Assembly: GCA_017615545.1 (NCBI GenBank)
Contig: JAFZZY010000013.1
Span: 69,675 to 101,674 of the forward strand
Length of the DNA stretch: 32,000 bases
Direction of reading: 5' to 3'
Source: Lachnospiraceae bacterium
GTDB lineage: Bacteria > Bacillota > Clostridia > Lachnospirales > Lachnospiraceae
The translations under genes were made by a program, and so were the position numbers. Shown in pieces: positions 25,866-32,000 of the stretch; the first letter of the stretch is position 1; each line of letters starts with the position of its first letter. A model generated the notes under the pieces. The model did not search any database. It saw only the letters and a list, made by a program, of their open reading frames with translations, and was not told the DNA's origin.

Positions 25866-25904
25866 GAAAACAAAAATACGACGAATGAACCATCCGTTCA
25901 TTCG
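25866..25904 (-). terminator. Rho-independent terminator of the xylanase gene
   Basis: Minus strand reads CGAATGAAC-GGATG-GTTCATTCG followed by TCGTATTTTTGTTTTC. It begins 14 nt after the stop at 25918. Confidence 0.8.
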
Positions 25905-25917
25905 CCGTATCATATCA

Positions 25918-27441
25918 TCAGAACTGAGGGAACTCTCCGTTCAGTTTAAACGTTCTGGCCGGTGCCCCGAAGGAACACATCGACGCTGTCGCATCTTCGA
26001 AGTACAAAACTTCCATGTTGTCGTCATCTTCGTTGTAAGATGAGCGAAGCTGCGGGTATGCTTCCAGCATCTTCACCTTCACTTCTCTGCTGTCATCGCG
26101 AACCAGCTTGCCGGCAATGCGCATCCAGCGTCCCTCACCGAACGCACAGATCTCTACATTCGGGTTTGCCTGGATCTGCTTGGAAACATCCTTACTCTTA
26201 CCGGTCAGGATGCAGAGCTTGCCGTCGATGATCTCGGCCGTACCGAACGGACGCACACGTGCCTGCGCTCCGTCTACGGTCGCCAGATAGTACGTGCCGC
26301 ATTCTTTCAGGAAGTTGCATACCATGTTCAGCGGACTGAACTGACGGCGATCCATGGTCAGGCCGACCGCCTTGTAATCCTCTTCCGGATAGTTCACTTC
26401 GAAGCAGTCAATGTCCTTAGGATCGCAAACGACCTCGAGAACCTTGTAATAAGCTTCCTTTGCCTCACATTTGCCGTGGAATAACAGCGGATAACTGGTC
26501 TCTCTGCGGAAACCAGACAGCCAGCTGTTCTCGTCGAGGAGGTTCCAGAAGGTGACAGCCGTAACGTTTGCCTTACCGCTCTTCTTCGCCTCTACCAGGA
26601 TCTTGAACAGTTCCTGATAGCGCATTGCGAGCGCATGCATGGACTCCTCGGAAGGATCCGCATTATGCATATCGAGCTCGGTGATCTGGACTTCCAGGCC
26701 CAGGGCGCCGTACATTTCCAAAGCCTTCTGATAATCCTTGAAATCGGGATGATCCATCAAAAGGTGGGACTGCATGCCCATACCGTCGATCAGGCCCTTT
26801 GCCTTCAACGGCTGAAGGATGTATTCGATGATCAGGTCACGCTTCCAGTCGAGCGCTGTCTCATAGTCGTTGTAGAACAGAGCTACGCCGGGAGCCGCAT
26901 ACTTTCTGGCAAATGTAAATGCCTTCTCAACGAAATCGCGGCCTACCGTACGAAGCCACAGGGACTGACGGAAATCATCGTCGTCGATCGCTTCATTGAC
27001 CACGTCCCAAGCGTAGATCACGCCGGGATAGTTCGTCTGAACGAAGTCCAGAACGCCGTGGATATAATTCTCCAGACGTGCCAACATGGTCTTACGGGTC
27101 GCAAGGCCTGCGTTCTCGTTATAATTCCGATAGAAGAACCACTTCGGGGTCTGGTTGTGCCAAACCAAGGTGTGTCCACGCATCGCAACGCCGCTCGCCT
27201 TCGCAAGCTCCAGATACGGGATCGCGTTATCAAACTTCAAAGCCGGAGCCAGATCATACTTCTCCGGGTCTTTCTTACATGCCTCGGTGTCAATGAAGTA
27301 CATCGGCTTCATATCGTTTTCCGCGGTAAAACTGCTGTACTGAGCCTTCATAAGCTCAACATGAGCCTTTGTATGGATGTTCCAGCGGGACATCGCAACG
27401 CCGACTTTAAAATACGGTTCAAAAGCTGTCTTAAGATTCAT
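25918..27441 (-). CDS. Intracellular GH10 endo-1,4-beta-xylanase fused to a C-terminal pyridoxamine-5'-phosphate-oxidase-like (PNPOx/split-barrel) domain
   Basis: GH10 motifs are GHTLVWHNQTP, WDVVNEA (acid/base Glu) and QITELD (nucleophile Glu). There is no signal peptide. The last ~140 aa (NFLKECGTYYLATVDGAQARVRPFG...NPNVEICAF...) resemble stand-alone PNPOx-family proteins. The ATG at 27441 has GGAGG 8 nt upstream. The track start at 27456 is GTG. Confidence 0.9.
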   Translation of the reverse strand: MNLKTAFEPYFKVGVAMSRWNIHTKAHVELMKAQYSSFTAENDMKPMYFIDTEACKKDPEKYDLAPALKFDNAIPYLELAKASGVAMRGHTLVWHNQTPKWFFYRNYNENAGLATRKTMLARLENYIHGVLDFVQTNYPGVIYAWDVVNEAIDDDDFRQSLWLRTVGRDFVEKAFTFARKYAAPGVALFYNDYETALDWKRDLIIEYILQPLKAKGLIDGMGMQSHLLMDHPDFKDYQKALEMYGALGLEVQITELDMHNADPSEESMHALAMRYQELFKILVEAKKSGKANVTAVTFWNLLDENSWLSGFRRETSYPLLFHGKCEAKEAYYKVLEVVCDPKDIDCFEVNYPEEDYKAVGLTMDRRQFSPLNMVCNFLKECGTYYLATVDGAQARVRPFGTAEIIDGKLCILTGKSKDVSKQIQANPNVEICAFGEGRWMRIAGKLVRDDSREVKVKMLEAYPQLRSSYNEDDDNMEVLYFEDATASMCSFGAPARTFKLNGEFPQF

Positions 27442-27498
27442 AAAGATTTCCTCCACACGTACAATTATTGGTTTTTCGTATTAGATCAACTACCTGAT

Positions 27499-27527
27499 AT
27501 TCTATCTTTTTTTCGGTTTTTTGTCAA
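27499..27527 (-). promoter_or_regulatory. Consensus-like sigma-A promoter of the xylanase gene
   Basis: Minus strand reads TTGACA (27522-27527), a 17-nt A-rich spacer (AAAAACCGAAAAAAAGA), then TAGAAT (27499-27504). Confidence 0.7.
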
Positions 27528-27554
27528 GATATTCCCCACTTCTGTAAGCCTAAA

Positions 27555-27848
27555 CTAAATCATATTAAATACTACCTAAGTGGCTAATCAAATGGCCCAA
27601 AACGCCCCTTCGATTAGCCGATAGTCCTCAAAATCATGCTACATACGCCCTAAGTGGCTAATCAAATAGTCCAAAACGACCTTTCGATTAGCCGATAATC
27701 CTCAAAATCATGCTACATACGCCCTAAGCGGCTAATCAAATAGTCCAAAACGACCTTTCGATTAGCCGATAGTCCTCAAAATCATGCTACATACGCCTTA
27801 AGCGGCTAATCAAATGGCCCAAAACGCCCCTTCGATTAGCCGATAGTC
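27555..27848. repeat. Tandem array of a 74-bp unit (one degenerate partial copy, three full copies, one 3'-truncated copy), each with a 9-bp inverted repeat
   Basis: Units are at 27576-27649, 27650-27723, 27724-27797 and 27798-~27848, with a degenerate tail copy at 27555-27575. Each carries (T/C)GGCTAATC, 22 nt, then GATTAGCCG. Copies differ at only a few positions. No ORF is present. Confidence 0.9.
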
Positions 27849-27850
27849 TG

Positions 27851-27889
27851 AAAAACAAAGAAAGACCGGCGCCTCAATCGGTGCCGGTC
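27851..27889 (-). terminator. Rho-independent terminator of cysK
   Basis: Minus strand reads GACCGGCACC-GATTGA-GGCGCCGGTC (one mismatch) followed by TTTCTTTGTTTTT. It sits about 20 nt after the cysK stop at 27911. Confidence 0.8.
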
Positions 27890-27910
27890 CTCAAACCAAA
27901 ACAACTATTA

Positions 27911-28846
27911 TCAATCTTCGGTAAACAGTGCTGTCGAGTAGTATCTGTCGCCGCTGTCGGGAAGCAGAGCTACGATCACCTTACCCTTATTCTCGGGTCT
28001 CTTAGCGAGTTCGATCGCGCCGTACAGTGCTGCGCCGGAAGAGATACCTACGGAGATACCTTCCTTCTTCGCGAGCAGTTTCGCGGTTGCAAATGCTGCC
28101 TCATTCGGAGCCTTGATGATCTCGTCATAGATCTTCGTGTTCAGTACATCCGGTACGAAGCCTGCGCCGATACCCTGGATCTTATGCGCGCCAGCCTTAC
28201 CCTCGGAAAGCACAGGGGATGTCTCCGGCTCGAGCGCAACGACCTTCACATCCGGGTTCTGGGACTTCAGGAACTCACCGGTACCTGTCAGTGTACCGCC
28301 GGTACCAACACCTGCGATGAAGATATCTACCTTACCGTCTGTATCCTTCCAGATCTCAGGACCTGTGGTCGCTCTGTGGACTGCGGGGTTCGCAGGGTTC
28401 ACAAACTGTCCGGGAATAAAGCTTCCGGGTGTCTCCTTCGCCAGCTCCTCAGCCTTTGCGATCGCGCCTTTCATGCCCTTCGCGCCTTCGGTCAGAACGA
28501 TCTCTGCGCCGTAAGCCTTCAGGATGTTTCTACGCTCCACGCTCATGGTCTCGGGCATGGTCAATATAATGCGGTATCCCTTCGCTGCAGCGATCGCTGC
28601 CAGACCGATACCTGTATTTCCACTCGTCGGCTCGATGATAACGGAGCCTTCCTTAAGCAAGCCCTTCTGCTCTGCGTCCTCGATCATTGCCTTCGCGATA
28701 CGATCCTTAACGCTGCCTGCGGGGTTAAAATATTCCAATTTCACCAGAACCTTTGCAGAAAGGCCCAGTTCCTTTTCGATGTTGACAACCTCAACCAGAG
28801 GTGTGTTTCCGATGAGTCCCAATGTTCCCTTATAAATGTTTGCCAT
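27911..28846 (-). CDS. cysK: Cysteine synthase A (O-acetylserine sulfhydrylase)
   Basis: Contains [10 protein letters not shown], the PLP-Lys context NPAGSVKDR, and the loops [10 protein letters not shown] and [10 protein letters not shown]. Length is 311 aa. Confidence 0.95.
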   Translation of the reverse strand: MANIYKGTLGLIGNTPLVEVVNIEKELGLSAKVLVKLEYFNPAGSVKDRIAKAMIEDAEQKGLLKEGSVIIEPTSGNTGIGLAAIAAAKGYRIILTMPETMSVERRNILKAYGAEIVLTEGAKGMKGAIAKAEELAKETPGSFIPGQFVNPANPAVHRATTGPEIWKDTDGKVDIFIAGVGTGGTLTGTGEFLKSQNPDVKVVALEPETSPVLSEGKAGAHKIQGIGAGFVPDVLNTKIYDEIIKAPNEAAFATAKLLAKKEGISVGISSGAALYGAIELAKRPENKGKVIVALLPDSGDRYYSTALFTED

Positions 28847-28887
28847 AAAAATGTCCTCTCTTTCTCGCGTCGCAATACGACGATGTT

Positions 28888-28916
28888 ATAATATCACTAT
28901 TCGCCTACTATGTCAA
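28888..28916 (-). promoter_or_regulatory. sigma-A promoter for cysK embedded in the 3' end of the upstream gene
   Basis: Minus strand reads TTGACA (28911-28916, overlapping the last codons before the TAG at 28908-28910), a 17-nt spacer, then TATTAT (28888-28893). Confidence 0.65.
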
Positions 28917-30113
28917 TAGGGTTATAGAATTTTTTATCCTTTCCAGTGCTTCCCGCAGGATGCTTCGGCTCGTAGCCAGATTGATCCTCTGAAATCCTGC
29001 TCCCTGCTTTCCGAAGATGTAGCCGTCATCCAGCCACAGCTTCGCTTTGTTGACGATCAGGTTCTGTAACTCTCGCTCGTTTAAACCCAGTTCGCGAAAA
29101 TCCAGCCATACCAGATAGGTCCCTTCCGGCTCGATCACATGGATCTGCGGCAAATGCTCCTCCACATACGCCTTCAGAAATTCCAGATTCTCGTGGATAT
29201 ACTTCGTGACCGCCGCGTGCCACTCTTCGCCGTACTGATACGCTGTCTTTGCCGCAACGACGCCAAATGTATTCACCTGACTGTAACCCGCGGCATCGAC
29301 CTGTTTGCGGAAACGTTTTCGCAGTTCCGGATTCGGGATCAGGATATTCGAGATCTGCAGGCCGGCCAGATTAAATGTCTTGCTGACCGAAGTGCAGGTG
29401 ATCCCGATGTCCTTCGCTCTCTCATCTACGTTAAACAACGTAATGTGCTTGTGCGCGGGATAGACGAAATCTTCATGGATCTCATCGCTCACGAGGAGCA
29501 CCCCATGCTCCAGGCAGAGATCCACGACGCGCCGCAATTCCTCCCGCTTCCATACACGTCCCACCGGATTGTGCGGGCTGCACAGCAGGAACAGTTTCAC
29601 ATGATCATCCACGATCTTTTTCTCAAGATCTTCGAAATCGATCTCGTAATGCCCGTTCTTCAAAACCAGATCATTGCTGACCAGTTTGCGCTTATTGTCC
29701 AAGATGACCTCCATCATCGGATAGTACACCGGCAGTTGAAGCAAGACGCTGTCGCCTTCTTCCGTAAAAGCACGGACTGCCGCGGCCAATGCAAATACCA
29801 CGCCTGGTGTTTTTATCACCCATTCCGGTGAAATATCCAGATCATGATGCTTTTTCATCCAGCCCGCAAGCGCCTCGTTATAGTCTTCCCGCGGTTCCGT
29901 ATATCCGAAGATGCCATGCCGCGTCCGCTCCTCCAGAGCATCCAAAATGAAACTCGAGGTTCGGAAATCCATGTCAGCGACCCAGAACGGAAGCACATCC
30001 GCCGGCTTACCGCGGCGAACGGCAAAATCATATTTGAGACTGTCCGTATCCTGACGGTCAATGACTTCATCGAAATCCAGGTTACGTTCTCTTGATGTAT
30101 TTAAAAGTGCCAT
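28908..30113 (-). CDS. MalY/PatB-family PLP-dependent C-S lyase (cystathionine beta-lyase-like aminotransferase class I/II)
   Basis: Typical N-terminus DRQDTDSLKYD...DVLPFWVADMDF, with LCSPHNPVGRVW and SVSKTFNLAGL (PLP Lys). Confidence 0.85.
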   Translation of the reverse strand: MALLNTSRERNLDFDEVIDRQDTDSLKYDFAVRRGKPADVLPFWVADMDFRTSSFILDALEERTRHGIFGYTEPREDYNEALAGWMKKHHDLDISPEWVIKTPGVVFALAAAVRAFTEEGDSVLLQLPVYYPMMEVILDNKRKLVSNDLVLKNGHYEIDFEDLEKKIVDDHVKLFLLCSPHNPVGRVWKREELRRVVDLCLEHGVLLVSDEIHEDFVYPAHKHITLFNVDERAKDIGITCTSVSKTFNLAGLQISNILIPNPELRKRFRKQVDAAGYSQVNTFGVVAAKTAYQYGEEWHAAVTKYIHENLEFLKAYVEEHLPQIHVIEPEGTYLVWLDFRELGLNERELQNLIVNKAKLWLDDGYIFGKQGAGFQRINLATSRSILREALERIKNSITLLT

Positions 30114-30127
30114 AACACTCTCCTCCT

Positions 30128-31843
30128 TTACGCTCCAAACGAACTAAACGCCTGCTCCAGATCTGCGATCAGATCCTTTTCGTCCTCAATGCCCGCCGAT
30201 AACCGTAGCACGCGGTCCGTGATACCGTTTGCGAGTCTCTCGGCTTCCGGAACATCCGCATGTGTCTGCGTGATCGGATAGGTCAGCAAGGTTTCCGTAC
30301 CTCCCAGGCTCTCGGCAAACGGAATCAGTTTCGTCTGCTTCAAAACGTGAAGCGCCAACTCTTTACTTTCCACTTCAAAGGTCAGCATCGACCCGAAACC
30401 GCTCGCCTGGCTTTTACAGACTTCGTAGCCCTCTGTCCCCGGAATGCCCGGATAATAAACCTTCGTAACCTTCGGATTCCTCTGCAACCATGCCGCGATC
30501 GCCTGCGCATTTTTCTGTGCCTTTTCCAGGCGGATGGGAAGCGTTTTGATACCGCGGAGGATCAGCCAGCTGTCAAACGGTGCCAGTCCCGATCCGACCG
30601 TCTTCACTAGGAAACGCAACCGCTCCGCCAGTTTCTCCGACTTTACAACGATAAATCCGGCGAGTGTATCATTGTGCCCGCCCAGGAACTTCGTCCCGCT
30701 GTGGATCACGATGTCCGCGCCCAACGTAAGCGGTCTCTGGAAGTAGGGAGACAGGAACGTATTGTCCACGATCAAAAGCAGGCCGTGCCTCTTTGCGACC
30801 TCCGCCACCTTACGGATGTCCGTCAACTTCATCATCGGGTTCGTCGGTGTCTCGAGATAGATCGCTTTCGTATTCTCCTTGATGTATTCTTCGATGTTCT
30901 CCTTTCCGCAGTCCACATGGGAAAATGTGATCCCGTTCTTCTCACACACATGGTGGAACAGGCGGATGGTCCCGCCGTAGAGATCCGCTTCCGTGATCAG
31001 ATGATCGCCGGGGCGGAACAGTTCCAAAAGTGCGGTGATTGCTGCCATGCCTGACGTAAATGCCAATGCATCGGCCCCACCTTCAAGTGAAGCTACAACA
31101 CGCTCCAGCTGCGCCCGCGTGGGGTTCTGGAGGCGGCTGTAATCATAGCCCGTGCTCTTGCCGACCTCCGGATGCACAAAGGTTGCCGACTGATAGATCG
31201 GAGTACTGATCGCCCCGGTCGGATCGCTAAATGCTTTCTCACCATCTCCGTGAATGCATTTGGTCGCAAAACCTAGATTTTTCTGAGTTTCGCTCTCTCT
31301 CGGCCGTATCCCCCACTGATCACCGAACTGCTTCGGATCGAGATATTTCTCGACCAGGACGCACACGAAATCGGGTTTGAAACCAATCGGGCGTTTGATC
31401 GTCGGCTTCGGTCTGCGATGTACGTCATATTCATTCGGAGATACATCCGGGTTGTATACATATCCACACTTTTCGTAGAAGCCCTGCGCACGGTCCTGGC
31501 TGGAGATCACAACGTGGGCAATGCCCTGCTCGGCGATCCATTTTTCCGCCTCCGCGATCATGATCCGGCCATATCCACCTTTCTGCTTTTCACGGATCGT
31601 GCAGACTCTCTCGATTTTCGCGATCCCGGGTCTCGGGTAAGATATGCGAAGTCCCGCCACCGGCTTGTGATCATCGATGATCACCACACCGTTAAACTCA
31701 TCTCTCGGGCCGTCCCCGTTGAACTCCCGCTCCACGGGGATATTCTGTCCGAAACAAAACGCGTCCGTGCGTATGTAGTTGTATGCGATAAAATGCCACT
31801 CGGGCGAATCTTTTGTTACTCTTATGATCTCCATTTTCTTCAT
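30128..31843 (-). CDS. Fusion protein: N-terminal GNAT acetyltransferase domain plus a C-terminal Cys/Met-metabolism PLP enzyme (cystathionine gamma-synthase/lyase or O-acetylhomoserine sulfhydrylase family)
   Basis: GNAT motif A is REKQKGGYGRIMIAEAEKW, with ...GFYEKCGY. The PLP domain has TPIYQSATF, HSGTKFLGGHND (PLP Lys) and ESLGGTETL. The ATG at 31843 overlaps the upstream stop (ATGA). An alternative ATG at 31834 lies 9 nt after GAGG. The track start at 31951 is an upstream GTG that overlaps the preceding gene. Confidence 0.85.
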   Translation of the reverse strand: MKKMEIIRVTKDSPEWHFIAYNYIRTDAFCFGQNIPVEREFNGDGPRDEFNGVVIIDDHKPVAGLRISYPRPGIAKIERVCTIREKQKGGYGRIMIAEAEKWIAEQGIAHVVISSQDRAQGFYEKCGYVYNPDVSPNEYDVHRRPKPTIKRPIGFKPDFVCVLVEKYLDPKQFGDQWGIRPRESETQKNLGFATKCIHGDGEKAFSDPTGAISTPIYQSATFVHPEVGKSTGYDYSRLQNPTRAQLERVVASLEGGADALAFTSGMAAITALLELFRPGDHLITEADLYGGTIRLFHHVCEKNGITFSHVDCGKENIEEYIKENTKAIYLETPTNPMMKLTDIRKVAEVAKRHGLLLIVDNTFLSPYFQRPLTLGADIVIHSGTKFLGGHNDTLAGFIVVKSEKLAERLRFLVKTVGSGLAPFDSWLILRGIKTLPIRLEKAQKNAQAIAAWLQRNPKVTKVYYPGIPGTEGYEVCKSQASGFGSMLTFEVESKELALHVLKQTKLIPFAESLGGTETLLTYPITQTHADVPEAERLANGITDRVLRLSAGIEDEKDLIADLEQAFSSFGA

Positions 31844-32000
31844 CCTCTTTTCGTTATGTTGTTTGACGCTTCCTGTATCATCAGTCCCAGAGTCAACCGG
31901 GCCGACTGTTCCAGTGCCTCGATCGTCGTATATTCTTCGGTGCTGTGGCACTTATTCATACCGCATGCCAGGACGATCGTTTCGATGCCATTTTCATTTA
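31840..32000 (-). CDS. C-terminal fragment of a probable M20-family metallo-hydrolase (ArgE/DapE/PepT-like); the 5' part lies outside the window
   Basis: An open frame reaches the right edge: ...NENGIETIVLACGMNKCHSTEEYTTIEALEQSARLTLGLMIQEASNNITKRG*. The G-x-N-x-x-H-S-x-x-E pattern followed by an amphipathic helix resembles the last metal-ligand region of M20 enzymes. The call rests on about 50 aa only. Confidence 0.45.
   Translation of the reverse strand, partial: NENGIETIVLACGMNKCHSTEEYTTIEALEQSARLTLGLMIQEASNNITKRG

Noticed and set aside
25743-25913. N-terminal extension of the Fur-family ORF to 25913, and the analogous extensions 25295-25405, 31844-31951, 18955-19002, 27442-27456, 12209-12226 and 2151-2192.
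   Set aside because: The extensions run through promoters, terminators or the 3' ends of upstream genes. Several begin at GTG or TTG without an SD. Downstream in-frame starts have good RBSs and give canonical protein N-termini and lengths.
27505-27521. A-tracts (A5 and A7 on the minus strand) in the xylanase promoter spacer as a phase-variation switch.
   Set aside because: The tracts are short and interrupted (AAAAACCGAAAAAAAGA). The spacer is already the optimal 17 nt. Nothing in a single sequence shows variability.
27555-27848. CRISPR array or tracrRNA-like element. The regular spacing and the segments AAATGGCCCAAAAC / ATAGTCC vaguely recall type II repeat ends and the tracrRNA nexus.
   Set aside because: The whole 74-bp unit is repeated nearly identically, so there are no unique spacers. 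The similarity to type II repeats covers only about 12 nt. No cas genes occur anywhere in the 32 kb.
27881-28891. Long plus-strand ORFs, for example 27881-28891 (336 aa), 24065-24925 (286 aa), 26635-27558 (307 aa), 16822-17670 (282 aa) and 1452-2207 (251 aa).
   Set aside because: Each lies antisense to a minus-strand gene with unmistakable family motifs (cysK, znuA, GH10, MBL/YolD, htrA). Their translations are low-complexity and Arg/Cys/His-rich with no recognisable motifs or RBSs. They are shadow ORFs.
1-32000. All ~33 genes lie on one strand. This could be read as one giant operon or an island.
   Set aside because: At least five good promoters and five terminators subdivide the region. 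Strong co-orientation with replication is normal for Firmicutes. By eye there is no obvious compositional break, but this was not computed.

Overview
The window looks like a chromosomal segment from a Firmicutes/Clostridia-type genome. That assignment is an inference from gene content (CdaA/CdaR, LCP, YolD, Gram-positive lipoboxes) and AGGAGG-type RBSs. Every gene I can support, about 33 CDS, is on the minus strand, and all long plus-strand ORFs are antisense shadows.

Reading the minus strand from right to left:
1. A sulfur amino-acid cluster: partial M20 hydrolase, a GNAT fused to a Cys/Met PLP enzyme, a PatB/MalY C-S lyase, and cysK with its own promoter.
2. A 469-bp intergenic region holding an unexplained array of 74-bp hairpin-containing tandem repeats.
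3. A stand-alone intracellular GH10 xylanase fused to a PNPOx-like domain.
4. A seven-gene Zur-type zinc-uptake operon: zur, a small Cys-motif membrane protein, znuA, a COG0523 GTPase, znuC, znuB and a Cys-rich lipoprotein.
5. A long co-directional block: MATE efflux, Y-family polymerase, YolD, ComEC-like MBL hydrolase, two unknown membrane proteins, cdaA, cdaR and an HPr-like protein.
6. A cell-wall polysaccharide locus: GT2s, a GacI/GacJ-like pair, a Wzy-like membrane protein, a Wzm/Wzt ABC exporter, an initiating phosphoglycosyl transferase and an LCP ligase.
7. htrA, then a partial ABC ATPase.

I see no cas genes, integrases, transposases, rRNA or tRNA.

The most unexplained signals are the 74-bp repeat array, the two uncharacterised Cys-rich envelope proteins in the zinc operon, the two domain fusions, and the two membrane proteins translationally coupled to cdaA.

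Several ORF-track starts use GTG/TTG or are over-extended. I re-set those starts from RBS positions. All functional calls come from motif recognition by eye; no database search was run.
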